Origin: Mobula hypostoma
Lineage: Eukaryota
Assembly (NCBI RefSeq): GCF_963921235.1
Contig: NC_086108.1
Location: 806,001 to 870,000 of the forward strand
DNA: 64,000 nucleotides
Reading direction: 5' to 3'
This document shows, piece by piece, positions 37,302 through 51,473 of the stretch (positions are counted from its first letter, which is position 1; every line of letters starts with the position of its first letter). The notes under the pieces are model-generated. The model made no database searches. It worked only from the letters and a program-made list of their open reading frames with translations, and was not told where the DNA came from. The translations under genes and the position numbers were made by a program.

Positions 37302-40300
37302 GGGATTTTCCTGCTGGCCGCTGATGGAGTAACAGCTCTCTGCTGCTGCTTCTAATTTACTTATTTTTCTCTCCAACCTTTTGAAATTCTACTGTTAGAT
37401 GGGTTATTATTTTACTATGACTAATAAAGCAGCTTTGGAAGCTATTATGGGCTCAATTCAAAAGCTTACTGAGGAGTTTCAACAGTTCAGAAAAGAAATC
37501 AGCACTGAAATTAAACAAATAGGTACGAACTAGAAGATATTCAAGCAATTGTAACCGAATATGATAAGAAGATAAGTGAACGTGAAGATGTTATTACTTT
37601 ACCGGACGAGAGAATGGATGATTTGCAAAAGCTGTACGAAAAACAATCCAAGTCCAATTTAGCTAATCAGCTGAAACGGTTAGACCAAGGGTATGCCTTG
37701 GCTCCAGAATCTGCCTTATATAAATGATGTGTTGAGACTAAAACTAAATATGATCTCCTTTTAACTTATCCAATTGAAACCCAACTCCTAAAAGATAAAA
37801 GTCAATTTTATATTCATGGAGATTAAAACAGGTAAATTATTGGCTGATCAAATTAAAACCTTAATAGCTAAACAGTAGATTAGAGAAATATGCAAAGCTA
37901 ATGGGACAACTGATTTAGAAATAAATGATACTTTTAGAGAATTTTACTCTAAACTCTATAGTTCTGAATCTTCTGAGGATAACACTGTAATGAACAATTT
38001 TTTAGATCAACTAAACATTCCTACAATTTCTGCCGATAACAGAAAGTTGTTGAAACAACCTATTTCTTTTGAGGAAGTTGTGGAGGCTGTGCGCTCATTA
38101 CGTTTGAGGAATGCTCCGGGTCCAGATGGATTTTCTGGAGATCTTTTCCTCACTGCTTATATCTCATTTATGTTCAGTTTTTTCGGATTCATTTAAGCAG
38201 GCTTCCATTTTGCTCATTCTTAAAAAGAATAAGGATCCAACTGAATGCTCTTCTTATAGACCAATTTCTTTACTTAATGTTGATACTAAGATCCTATCTA
38301 TAGTTTTGGCCCATAGAATTTAAAATATTTTACCATCTGTCATTTCTGATAACCAAACTGGATTTATTAAAAATCGATATTCTCACTTTAATATTCGTCA
38401 GTTATTAAATGTTATTTATTCTCCTTCTAACATGGTATCGGAATGTGTGGTATCCCTAGATGCTGAGAAATCTTTCGATAGAGTTGAATGGAATTATTTA
38501 TTTAAAACTTTAGAAAAATTCAATTTTGGACCCGTTTTCATTCAATGGATTAAATTACTTTATTTAGCTCCTTCCGCTAGGGTTATCACTAATTCTCATA
38601 ATTTGAAACCACTCAAGCTTCAACGTGGCACTAGACAAGGCTGTACGTTGAGCCCTTTGCTTTTCCATCTGGCCTTAGAACCCTGAGCCATTGCCTTTCG
38701 AGAATCTAATGATATCACCTGTATTTTAAGAAGAGACATTATTCATGAAGTCTCGCTGTACGCTGATGATCTGCTGCTATTTATTTCCAATGTTGAAACT
38801 TCATTACCGCATGTGCTTTCTTTACTGTTTTAGCCAGTTATCAGGTTATAAATTAAACCTACATAAAAGTGAACTTTTCCCTTTGAACAATTTGATACCA
38901 ACAAATTCTAACCTTCCTTTTAAAATTGTAAAAAACCAATTTACCTACTTAGGTGTAACAATCACTAAAAACTATAAATGTCTACTTAAAGAAAATTTTC
39001 TTACCCTATTGAATCACGTAAAAAGGATACTATTAAATTGGTCACCTCTTTCGTTATTGCTGATTGGTCAAATTAACTCTATCAAATTGAATATCTTACC
39101 TAAATTTATACATCTTTTTCAGGCATTGCTGATTTTTATTCCTAAATTTTTTTTGACTCTCTTGACTCTATTATATCTTCTTATATATGGAAGAATAAAC
39201 ATTCTAGATTAAATAAAATTCATCTTCAGAAAGATAAAAAGAATAGAGGATTAGCCTTACCAAACTTTAGGTTTTATTATTGGGCAGTTAATATAAGAAA
39301 TCTTACATTCTGGTTATATTACATAAGTCATGAGAATTGCCCGATGTGGGTTTCTTCAGAAGCTAACTCTGTTAATAAATTTTCTATTATTTCTCTTCTT
39401 GGATCCTCACTCCCTTTGTCTCTGAGTAAGTTAACTGATAATCTGGTAGTTTTTTTTTAGATTATGAAGACACGTAGTCCTCTTTTATTGTCGTTTAGTA
39501 ATGCATGCATTAAGAAATGATACAATATTTCCTCCGGTGTGATATCACAAAACACAGGACAGACCAAGACTGAAGAAACTGACAAAACCACACAATTATA
39601 ACATATAGTTACAACAGTGTAACAATACCATAGCTTGATGAAGAAGTCCATGAGCACAGTAAAAGTTCAAAGTCTCTCAAATGTTACACATCTCACGCAG
39701 ACGGGAGAAGGAAGAAAAACTCTCCCTGCCATGCTGACCACAATCCGACTCTGAGTCATCCGAAAACTTCAAGCTCTGATCAACTGTCCGACACCGAGTA
39801 CTGAGCGCCATCTCTGTCTGAACGATTCGACCTCCTTCTCGGTCGCCAACAGCAGGCAAAGCCGGGGATTTTGAGGCCTACCCTCCGAAAGATTCCCAAC
39901 CACGCAGTAACGACAGCAGCGAACGAGCGTTTCAGAAATTTCTCCAGATGTTCCTCTGTGCTTTCACACTTTGAGAATTTGGATACAATTCTGAAAATAC
40001 TTTGGCTTATTGAGATTTTCTCTTTCGAGTCCCATTTTTTCTAATTATTTTTTAAACCTTCTATGATTGATGTGGCTTTTAACAAATGGGATAGATTAGG
40101 TATTAAATGCTTTCAGGACTTGTTTGTAGAGGGAAATCACTTTTCGTTTGAACAACTGTCTACTAAATATAGTTTACCCAAAACTCATTTTTCTCGATAC
40201 CTACAAATAAGAGATTTTTTACGGTCTCAAATAAGTACATTTCCTAAAAGTCCCAATAAGAATCTACTAGATGTAATTTTTAATTTGAAACCTTTCTATA

Positions 40301-41194
40301 ATGGATCTGTATCAAATATTTATAATATGCTGTTGGGAATGAGAAGTGTTTCTTTAGATAAAATTAAAAATCTTTGGGAACAAGATTTACAGACTTCAAT
40401 ATCTGAGGAAACTTGGCATCAAATTTTCAAATTGGTTAACACTTCATCGTTATGTGCCCCCCACTCTCTCCTACATTTTAAAGTGGTCCATAGGGCCTAT
40501 ATGATCAAGGATAAGTTGCCCCATTTTTATTTAGATATATCACCATATTGTGATAAATGTAATAATAGAGAAGCTTCACTCATTCACATGTTTTGGCCAT
40601 GTCCGAGTCTTGGAAAATATTGGAAAGAAGTATTTCAAACTTTCTCGATACTTTTCAAAGTAAATTTTAAGCCTAATCCTTTGACCGCTTTATTTGGTAT
40701 TGTTGGAGGAAAGGATATTATTTTGGAGAAATCTGATTTGCACATTTTGGCTTTTATTTCTCTTATGGCCAGAAGGATGCTCTTGCTTAAATGGAAAGAT
40801 ACAGCCCCTCCTATTCACGGTCAATGGTTACATGATGTGATGTCATGTTTAAACATAGAGAAGATTCGATGCTCAATCTCTGAATCTAGTCAAGACTTTC
40901 AAACATTCTGGGGACCTATTCTGAATTATTTTCAAAACCGTTGATTTGTTGTTAAAGCACAGATGATGATTTATAACTTTCTTTCCTTCTTTTCTTTACT
41001 AATCAGTTTCGGTCTTGGTAGTGGGTTAGATTTTTTATATAATAAAATTACTATATTTCAATGTTATGAATTAATTAACCTGTATGAATATAGAGTAAGG
41101 AGTCTTCATATGCAATTTAGTATAATGTATTAATATATATTTTTTCCTGTATTCTGTATTCTTATATATAAATTAATAAAAATATTAATAAAAA
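37302..41194 (+). mobile_element. Second L1 (inner), internally deleted
   Basis: 5' UTR motif ctgatggagt shared with the outer L1. ORF1 starts at 37417 and jumps into ORF2 at ~37658. RT and C-terminus run to 40944, followed by an A-rich tail. Confidence 0.9.
39450..39968 (-). mobile_element. ~630-bp non-autonomous retroposon, copy 2 (5'-truncated), inside the inner L1
   Basis: Homologous to 21857-22370. The L1 sequence is colinear across it (compare 43790-43825). Confidence 0.85.
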
Positions 41195-44100
41195 GGAGGG
41201 AGTTCCTCGCCCAGGCCGGTGCTGGGGTACCTCATCCTGTGCTGGTGTACCTCATCCTGTTCTGTAGCCACGTCCTGTCCTTGCCAAGATCCTAGTCCAG
41301 ACTCCTTGCCTAGACCCAGGTTCCGGTTCCAAGTCAAGACCCAGGTTCTGAGTCCTTGTCCGGACTCTGGTTCCGGAGTTCCGAGTTCCTAGTCTAGGCT
41401 CCTTGTTCCTAGTTCCACCTCTGGGTCCTGTGCTTCTAGCTCAAGTCCTAACCCAGGCCTTGAATCCTAGTCTTGTCCAGGGCCTGTGTCAATGTCCAGC
41501 ATTGTTTCTTCCTGACTCACCTTGCTGTCTCGATAATCCTAGTCCTGTTCCTAGAACTTCAGTGTCTGTGTCTTGCATTTGCGTCCGCTACCAGCGCCCC
41601 CCTTGTAACAGAAATGTGATTTTGTTGATGTTTGGCACTTTTTGCATCCAACAGATAGAGAGTACTCATTTTTTTCTCATGTTCATCATACGTATTCCAG
41701 GATTGATTTTTTTTTATTGATAGACAATTGATTCCATTGGTTCAATCCCGTGAATATAAAGAAATTGCTGTTTCAGATCATGCTCCTGTGTTTTTATCTT
41801 TAAATCTTCCGGGTGTCTCCTGAATAAACAGATTCTGACGTTTTAATCCAACTCTGTTATCTGATAAGGATATTAAAAAATTTTTGAAGAGACAAATTAC
41901 TCTTTTTTTTTATGAGAATACGCCAGAAGAGACTTCTAGTCTTATTTTATGGGATGATTTTAAGGCTTATATTAGAGGACAAATTATTTCTGTTACCGCA
42001 ACTGTTAAGAAAAAATAAAGAGAGAATTGAATTAGCTAATCAGTTGAAACAATTAGACCAAAAATATGCTTTGGCTCCAGATCCTGCTTTATATAAAAGA
42101 CATGTTGAAATTAAAACTAAATATGATCTGCTTTTAACTTATCCAATTGAAACTCAACTTTTAAAAGATAAAAGTCAGTTTTATGTTCATAGAGATAAAA
42201 CGGGTAAACTATTGGCTAACCAATTAAAGACCTTTATAGTTAAATGCCAAATTAAAGAAATATGTAAAGCTAATGGTGATAAAACATCTGATCATTTAGA
42301 AATAAACAATACTTTTGGAGAATTCCATTATAAACTTTATAGTTCTGATCCTCCTAAAGATAATATTGTAATGAAAAATTTCTTAGATCGATTAAACATT
42401 CCTACACTTTCTGATGATAATCAAAAATTGCTGAATCAACCCATTTCTTATGAGGAAATTGCAGTTGTTCACTCTTTGCAATCGGGGAAGGCTCCAGGTC
42501 CCGATGGATTTTCTGGAGAGTTTTATAAAGTTTTTGCCTATTTAAATTTGGTAGGTTGCCGCAATCTTTTTATGAAGCCTCTATTTCGCTTATTCTTAAG
42601 AAGAATAAGGATCCAACTGGATGTTCTTCTTATAGACCAATTTCCTTACTTAATGTTGATACTAAAATTTTATCTAAACTTCTGGCTCATAGAATTGAAA
42701 ATACTTTCCCATCTATTATTTCTGATGATCAGACTGGATTTATCAAGAGTCGATACTCCCACTTTAATATTCATCGTTTATTGAATGTTATTTATTCTCC
42801 TTCTAAAGAGATATCGGAATGTGTGACATCCTTAGATGCTGAGAAAGCCTTTGATCAGGTTCAATGGAATTATTTATTTAAAACTTCAGAAAAATTTTTA
42901 ACTTTGGGCCCGATTTTATTCAATGGATTGAATTACTTTATTTATCTCCCTCCACTCAGGTTCTTACTAACTCTCAGAATTCTAAACCATTTAAACTTCA
43001 ACGTGGAACCAGACAAGGTTGTTCTTTGAGTGCTTTGCTTTTTGATTTGGTCTTAGAACCTTTAGCTATTGCCTTCTGGGAATCTAATGATATCACTGGT
43101 ATTTTAAGGAGGGGTATTACTCACAAAGTGTCGCTCTATGCTGATGACCTTTTGCTCTACATTTCTAATGTGGAGTCTTCTTTACCTTCTGTACTTTCTT
43201 TACTCTCCTGCTTTAGTCAGTTTTCAGGACATAAACTTAACTTTCATAGGAGTGAACTTTTTCCTTTGAATAATTTGGTATTAGTTAACACTAACCTTCC
43301 TTGTAAAATTGTAAGAAATCAATTTACTTATTTGGGCTTAACAATTACTAGGAATTATAAATTCCTTTTTAAAGAAAATTTTTTTACACTTCTGAATTAT
43401 GTTAAGAAGGCACTATCAAATTGGTCACCTCTCTCTTTATCATTGATTGGCCAAGTTAATTCTATTGAAATGAATATTTTGCCTAAATTTTTATATTTAT
43501 TTCAGGCCGTACCTGTTTTTATTCCTAAATCCTATATATGGAAAAATAAAATTTCTCAATTAAATAAAGTTCATTTTCAAAAAGCTAAAAAGAATGGAGG
43601 TTTAGCCTTACCCAATTTTAGGTTTTATTACTGGGCAGTCAATATATGAAATCTTATGTTTTGGTTATATTATATTAATTGAAAGGACTGTCCAGTGTGG
43701 GTTTCTTTCGAAGCAAATTCTGTTAATAAATTTTCTATCATTTCTCTTCTCAGATCCTCAATTCCTTTATCTTTAAGTAATTTAACTGATAATTTTGTAG
43801 TTAAACACGTTGTGAGGATTTGGGTACAATTTAGAAAATATTTTGGTTTATTGAGTTTTTTCACTTTCAAGTCCCATTTTTTCTAACTATTTTTTTAAAC
43901 CTTCTATGACTGATGTAGTTTTTAAAGAGTGGAATAGATTGGGTATGAAATGTTTTCGGGATTTGTTTGTTGGAGATAGTCTCTCTTCATTTGAACAACT
44001 GTCAGCTAAGTATAGCCTACCCAAAACCCACTCTTTTCGTTATTTAAAATTAGAGACTTTTTGCGTTCTCAAGTACATACATTTCCTAAAAGTTCAGATA

Positions 44101-45755
44101 AGAATTTACTTGATACAATTTTTAATTTGAAAGTCTTCCATAATGGATCTCTGACTAATATTAATGGAATGTTGTTTGGAATGAGAAATATTCCTTTAGA
44201 CAAAATTAAAAATCTCTGGGAACAAGATTTACAGATTCCAATTTCTGAGGATACTTGGAATCAAATTTTTTTAATTGGTTAAAAATTAAAACTTCATCGT
44301 TATGTGCCTGTTATTCTCTTCTACACTTTGAAGTGGTTCATAGGGCCCACATGACTAAAAATAAGCTGTCTGGTTTTTATTCGGATACATCTCCCTATTG
44401 TGATAGATGTAACAATGGAGAAGCTTCACTAATCCATATGTCTTGGACTTGTCCAAGTCTTGGAAAATGTTGGAAGGAAGTGTTCCAAACTTCTTCAGTG
44501 CTTTTTAAAGTAAATTTTAAACCTAATCCTTTGACTGCCTTATTTGGTATCGTTGGAGGAAATGATATTATGCTGGAGTCACATGATTTGCATATTTTGG
44601 CCTTTATTTCTCTTATAGCCAGGAGGGCATTGTTGCTGAAGTGGAAGGATGCCTCTCCACTTACTCATACTCACTGGTTACATGATGTTGTGTCATGTTT
44701 ACATTTAGAGAAGATCCGCTGTTCAATTTCTGAACCTAGACAAGATTTTTTAACATTGTGGGGACCTTCTTTGAATTATTTTCAAAATCTTTGATTTGCT
44801 ATTAAGCACAGATGTTGGCTAACAATATGTTTTATTATATGTTAAGAATTTTTTCCTTTTCTTTTTTTTAACCAAACAGCTGGGTTTTTTTTTCTGGTAG
44901 TGGGTTTAGATTTCTTTGTTTAATAAAATTACCTCTTTTCAATATTATGTTTAAACTTAATGTATACGGATATGGTGTAATAAGACTATATTTGTGATTC
45001 CAATATATTGTGATCGATATATATTATATATCCTACTGTACTCTGTATTCTTTTATGTAAGAAATCAATAAAAATATTGAAAAAGAAGATGCGTCCGCTG
45101 TTAAATTTGCCGCTTGTTACAGAGGTACCGGGACAGCACTCCAGCAGCACTGCTCCCCTGCTGTATGAGGCTGGAAACCTGAGAAGAGTTTTTTCCTCAA
45201 ACTTACAGAGTTTTTCAAGGAAGTTACTCTTAGATAATTTTGGGTAGATAATTTGTTTACACTTAAATCATTTTGGCCACCAGACTTCTGTTTTAACTGT
45301 TTGCCAATGCGCTTCCTAAAAGGGTGTGAACACCAGCCATAGTTTGACCTAATGCTGCAGTTTCGAAGACAGTATCATCTATACATTATAAATATTAATT
45401 GTCTTCTATGTTAGCATGGGAAATGCCAAATAAATGTATCGTAGACTTAACTTACATTCCTAAAGGCTGTGGATACCAACCCAGACACGTTGGCGTTAGA
45501 AGGAAAGGATGGTGTGATATTTTGTATGCAGCTTCAAAAGAAAGTATTGTCTATGCATTGTCTGTAACTTTTTAAGTAGCGGTTGCCTTAGTGTTTAGCA
45601 TATAAATATCGAGCACACATTTAGCTAGCAGACCTTTCTGCGGAAAGCGTCTCCTTCCGTATGATGCCTGCTGTACCTTGTTGTGTTGAATAAAGAAGCT
45701 GCTTTGTATCTACCGGTGACTCTGTCTCTCCAGTGATTTCATCCACGCTACAACA

Positions 45756-46957
45756 GTTACCAGGAAAGATGATGAAGGCAAGGCAGTGAATGTTATCTAC
45801 ATAGACTTTAGCAAGGCATTAGACAAGGTCCTGCATGGTAGATTTGTCAAGAAGGTTCAGTTGTTTGGCATTCAAGATGAGATAGAAAATTAGATTGGAC
45901 GTTAGCTTTATCGGAGAAGCCAGAAAGTGGTAATAGATGGTTGCTTCTCTGACTGGAGGCCTGTGACTAGTGGAACGCCACAGGAATCGGTGCTGGGTCC
46001 ATTGTTGTTTGTCATCTATATCAACGATCTGTTTGATAATGTGGTTAACTGGATCAGCAAATTTGAGTGTGACACCAAGATCAGGGGAGCAGTGGACCGC
46101 GAGGAAATTTGTCATGGCTTGCAGCGAGATTTGGACCAGCAGGAAAAATGGGCTAAAAAATGGTGATTGGACTTTAATACTGAAAGGTGCAAGGTTTTGC
46201 ACTTCTGTAGGATCAACCAGGGTAGGTCTTACAGGGTAGGGCACTGAGGGGTATGTAGAACAAAGGGATCTGGGAATACAGGTCCATAATTCATTGAAAG
46301 TTTCATCACAACGTAGATAAGGCCATTAAGAAAACTTTTGGCACATTGGCCCTCAGAAATCAAAGTATTGATTACAGGAATTGGGGTGTTATGTTGAAGT
46401 TGTATAAGACATTGGTGAGGACTAATTTGGAGTAGAGTGTGCAGTTTTGGTTGCCTATCTACAGGAAAGATGTAAGTAAGGATGAAAGAGTACAAGGATG
46501 TTGCTGGGTCTGGAGAACCTGTGTTAAGGGAAAGGTAGAATAGGTTAGAATAGGTTATTCCTTGGAATGTAGAAAATTGAATGGAGATTTGATAGAGGTA
46601 TACAAATTATGAAGGGTATAGATAGGGTAAATGCAAGCAGGCTTTTTCCACTGAGGTTGGGTGTGACTACAACCAGAGGTTATGGGTTAAGGTTTAAAGG
46701 TGTAAAGTTTAAGGGGAATACGAGGGGAAACTTCTTCAGTCAGAGGGCGATGAGAGTGTGGAACGAGCTCCCAGCATAGGTGGTGCATGTAAGCTCAATT
46801 TCAAAGTTTAAGAGAAGTTTGGATAAGTACGTCGACGATCGGGATATAGAGGTTATGGTCCCGCTGCAGGTCGGTGGGAGTAGGCAGTTCAAATGGTTTG
46901 ACATGGACTAGATGGGCTGAAGGACCTGTTTCTGTGCTGTAGTTTTTTTATGACTCC
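45756..46957 (+). mobile_element. CR1, 5'-truncated and degenerate
   Basis: [27 protein letters not shown], and a CR1 3' UTR. Confidence 0.88.
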
Positions 46958-46966
46958 AAAAGAAAT

Positions 46967-48453
46967 ATACTTTATACTTTATTGTCGCCGAACAATTGAT
47001 GCTAGAAAGTACAATCATCACAGCGATATTTGATTCTGCGCTTCCCGCTCCCTGGTTTTCAAATATTAAATATTTAAATATTTAACATAGTAAAAATCAG
47101 TAACTATTAAAAATTTAAATTATAAATCATAAATAGAAAATAGAAAAATGGAAAGTAAGGTAGTGCAAAAAAACCGAGAGGCAGGTCCGGATATTTGGAG
47201 GGTACGGCCCAGATCCAGGTCAGGATCCGTTCAGCCGTCTCATCACAGTTGGAAAGAAGCTGTTCCCAAATCTGGCCGTACGAGTCTTCAAGCTCCTGAG
47301 CCTTCTCCCGGAGGGAAGAGGGACGAAAAGTGTGTTGGCTGGGTGGGTCGTGTCCTTGATTATCCTGGCAGCACTGCTCCGACAGCGTGCGGTGTAAAGT
47401 GAGTCCAAGGACGGAAGATTGGTTTGTGTGATGTGCTGCACCGTGTTCACGATCTTCTGCAGCTTCTTCCGGTCTTGGACAGGACAACTTCCATACCAGG
47501 TTGTGATGCACCCTAGAAGAATGCTTTCTACGGTGCATCTAGAAAAATTAGTGAGGGTTTTAGGGAACAGGCCAAATTTCTTTAGTTTTCTCAGGAAGTA
47601 AAGGCGCTGGTGGGCCTTCTTGACAGTGAACTCTGCTTGGTTGGACCAAGTCAGGTCATTTGTGATATTGACCCTGAGGAACTTAAAGCTTTTGACCTGT
47701 TCCACTTGCGCACCACCGATGTAAATTGCGTCCTGCGGTCTGCTACTCCTTCTGAAGTCAACAACCAATTCCTTTGTCTTGCTGACATTGAGGGATAGGT
47801 TATTGTCTTCGCACCATGCCACCAGGTTCTTAATTTCCTCTCTGTACTCAAACTCATCATTACCCGAGATACGGCCTACAATTGTTGTGTCATCAGCAAA
47901 CTTATATATTGAGTTTGATGGAAACTTGGCTACACAATCATGGGTGTACAGTGAGTACAGCAGGGGGCTGAGTACACAGCCTTGTGGGGCACCGGTGCTC
48001 AGAGTGATTGTAGAGGAGAGCTTGTCCCCTATTTTTACAGCCTGGGTCCTGTCTGTGAGGAAGTTGAAGATCCAGCTGCAGATCTGAGTGCTAAGGCCCA
48101 GGTTCCGGAGCTTAGGAATCAGTTTATTTGGAATGATGGTATTAAAGGCAGAGCTGTAGTCAATGAAAAGGAGCCTTACGTATGCGTCTTTATTCTCCAG
48201 GTGTTCTAAGGAGGAATGTAGGGCCAGAGAGATGGCATCTGCCATTGACCTGTTGCTCCGGTAGGCGAATTGCAAAGCGTCGAGGTTGACCAGTAGGCTG
48301 TGGTTGATGTGTGCCATAACCAATCTCTCGAAGCACTTCATAGCAATTGATGTCAGAGCCACAGGTGGATAGTCATGCAGGCATGTCACCTTGCTCTTCT
48401 TCAGCACCGGGATTATCATTGCCTTCTTAAAACACGAGGGGATCTTAGACTGA
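46967..48453 (-). mobile_element. Rex1/Babar LINE family B, copy 2
   Basis: Uninterrupted 412-aa ORF 47220-48458 ([17 protein letters not shown]). Confidence 0.95.
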
Positions 48454-48487
48454 AGCAAAGAGCAGTATTAATATTAATTGGATATTT

Positions 48488-50010
48488 ACCCAAGCAAGGC
48501 TGCAGGACGGGATGGTGTCAGTACCAGAGTGCTCAAAGCCTGTGCCCCTCAGCTATGTGGAGTACTTCGTCATGTATTCAACCTGAGCCTGAGGCTCCGG
48601 AAGGTTCCTGTGGAAGACGTCCTGCCTCGTCCCTGTGCCGAAGACGCCGCGCCCCAGCGACCTCAATGACTACAGACCGGTGGCATTGACCTCCCACATC
48701 ATGAAGACCCTGGAGAGACTTGTTCTGGAGCTGCTCCAGCCTATGGTCAGGCCACACTTAGATCCCCTCCAGTTCACCTACCAGCCCCGACTAGGAGTTG
48801 AGGATGCCATCGTCTACCTGCTGAACCGTGTCTACGCCCACCTGGACAAGCCAGTGAGCACTGTGAGGGTCATGTTTTTTGACTTCTCCAGTGCGTTCAA
48901 CACCATCCACCCTGCTCTGCTGGGGGAGAAGCTGACAGCGATGCAGGTGGATGCTTTCCTGGTATCATGGATTCTTGATTACCTGACTGGCAGACCACAG
49001 TACGTGTGCTTGCAACACTGTGTGTCTGACAGAGTGATCAGCAGCACTGGGGCTCCACAGGGGACTGTCTTGTCTCCCTTTCTCTTCACCATTTACACCT
49101 TGGACTTCAACTACTGCACAGAGTCTTGTCATCTTCAGAAGTTTTCTGATGACTCTGCCATAGTTGGATGCATCAGCAAGGGAGATGAGGCTGAGTACAG
49201 GGCTACAGTAGGAAACTTTGTCACATGGTGTGAGCAGAATTATCTGCAGCGTAATGTGAAAAAGACTAAGGAGCTGGTGGTAGACCTGAGGAGGGCTAAG
49301 GTACCAGTGACCCCTGTTTCCATCCAGGGGGTCAGTGTGGACATGGTGAAGGATTACAAATACCTGGGGATACAAATTGACAATAAACTGGACTGGTCAA
49401 AGAACACTGAGGCTGTCTATAAGAAAGGTCAGAGCCGTCTCTATTTCTTGAGGAGACTGAGGTCCTTTAACATCTGCCGGACGATGCTGAGGATGTTCTA
49501 CGAGTCTGTGGTGGCCAGTGCTATTATGTTTGCTGTTGTGTGCTGGGGCAGCAGGCTGAGGGTAGCAGACACCAACAGAATCAACAAACTCATTCGTAAG
49601 GCCAGTGATGTTGTGGGGATGGAACTGGACTCTCTGACGGTGGTGTCTGAAAAGAGGATGCTGTCTAAGTTGCATGCCATCTTGGACAATGTCTCCCATC
49701 CACTACATAATGTACTGGTTGGGCACAGGAGTACATTCAGCCAGTAACTCATTCCACCGAGATGCAGCACAGAGCGTCAGAGGAAGTCATTCCTGCCTGT
49801 GGCCATCAAACTTTACAACTCCTCCCTTGGAGGGTCAGACACCCTGAGCCAATAGGCTGGTCCTGGACTTATTTCATAATTTACTGGCATAATTTACATA
49901 TTACTATTTAACTATTTATGGTTTTATTACTATTTATTATTTATGATGCAACTGTAACGAAAACCAATTTCCCCCTGGGATCAATAAAGTATGACTATGA
50001 CTATGACTAT
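48488..50010 (+). mobile_element. Rex1/Babar LINE family A, copy 2
   Basis: ORF 48635-49747 is nearly identical to 32718-34115, with a (CTATGA)n tail. Confidence 0.95.
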
Positions 50011-50674
50011 TTACCTAGAACTGTTTGTGATCTTACATGTGGCAGCTGTTGTGTTTAAAACACAAGCTTAGCAAACATGAGCAAGAGGCCTTGGAAGCAA
50101 ATATCCATCACAAATCACCATACCCTCTTACACAGCAATTTTGAGGGATCTGTGGACGTGCACCTCAGTATTCCTCTATTACTCCCACTGCTGAGAATCC
50201 TGGCATCAAACCTGCAGCTTGCTTTCGGCTTTGACCTTGCAAAGTGAATCACTTCACACTTTTCTGGATTGTGCTCCATCTGCCACTTCTCCACCCAGCT
50301 CTGCATCCTGTCAAAATTAGTTAACGTTTTAGGTCCAGATCAAAAGTTGTTGCCATGGAAATTTGTAGGTGTCAAAGCCATGCCTGTCTTGCTCTGGGAT
50401 ATGTGGAATTTTTACCCACTTTCCCAAATCTTTATCCAGTATATAATATTGAATCAATAATGCGTCAAATCTTTTTCTGGTGCATTGCTCTTGCTTCCTG
50501 CAGTCACAGACAACTGAAAACTGTCACCACTTTTGCTGACACTTATCCCCTGCCCTCAATTTCCCACGAGTCTTTCCTCCTCTTTCTACCTCCATCTCAA
50601 GTGATAGGCTAGCCTCAAAAATCCTTTAGCCACCCATAGATTCCTACAAGATCAGACCCCTTGGTCCTCCAAGA

Positions 50675-51088
50675 GGACCACAACTGTGTTGTGGTCTGGA
50701 GGCTCGCACGCCTCAATGATCCAGGCAGCTATGGTGACTGGAATCGGGGCTTTTTGCTGTGGCTCTTGGCAGTGCCACCCATATTATACAGGTTAAAGGG
50801 TAGAGGCCAGACTAAGAGTGCTCCACTGGTCCTCCGGGTTTGGGAGGTTCAGCTCAGGGCTAACAACCGTGGCTGGTCAAACAAAACTGTTATAGAAACA
50901 GCAAACAATAATCTTCAAGATGCATGCAACAGTATTCCTGAGTCTCCACCCGGGACTTGCATGACTGACAGTAGTGAAAACCGAGAGGAAGCTACGGACA
51001 CGATGAATGAAACCCTGAACACCACCAGAGACGGAGACCCTTCACTGCTGCTCTCAATGCTAGCAGGTGTAATGAGCAGTACGTAAGG
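50675..51088 (+). mobile_element. Probable RTE/RTE-X-derived bipartite non-autonomous element
   Basis: RTE-type 5' UTR motifs (ttgtggt...aatgatcc...agctatg; gggctaacaacc) fused to a short 3' end finishing in gtaag. Assignment rests on recall of the family only. Confidence 0.5.
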
Positions 51089-51473
51089 ACACATAATGAT
51101 CTTACTGCCTGTAAGGAACCCCTCCTCCTGTAGGGATTGCACCATTCAATTCTCTCATTTCCTCCAACTGCCTTGTATTCTCTGTGGACACCTTTGCAAC
51201 ATCTTCCATCCACCGTCAGAGAGGAGGTACAGGAGCCTGAGGTGCTGCAGTGAACATTTTGAGAACAGCTATTTCGCCCACACCCCCACACCCAGCATCA
51301 TCAATCATAGAACAGCACGGGAATAGGCCACTCAGCCTACAGCATTGAGCCAAAAATGCAAATCAGTACACCCAAACACTAATCCCTCCTACCTACACCA
51401 TGTCCACATCCCTCCATCTTCCTCACATCCACGTGCCTCTCCAAATGTCTCTGCCCCTACCACCAGACCAGGC

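Larger units (their letters stand above)
36376..41610. mobile_element. Solo LTR (~1.3 kb net) inserted in the L1 endonuclease region
   Basis: Ends TGTCA...TAACA with 5-bp TSD GAAAT (36371-36375 and 41611-41615). The same CCAAGTC/CCTAGTC-rich sequence lies on both sides of the inner L1. Confidence 0.85.
34343..45088 (+). mobile_element. Full-length decayed L1-clade LINE (outer), split by an LTR
   Basis: ORF1 ~34456-35260 (RSRRNNLRILG, IDRAHR). ORF2 from 35855 (SFNVKGLN, NLYAPN, GGDFN) resumes at 41616 (KAPGPDGF, LDAEKAFD, LYADD, CxxC..H) and ends at 44794. AATAAA and an A-rich end follow. Confidence 0.93.

Noticed and set aside
45162..45755. Possible third solo LTR (TGT...ACA with AATAAA at ~45689)
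   Set aside because: No matching TSD was found and the left boundary is uncertain.
25290..46957. CR1 pieces at 25290 and 45756 as one element split by 20 kb
   Set aside because: More than 1 kb of ORF2 is missing between them and there is no TSD evidence.
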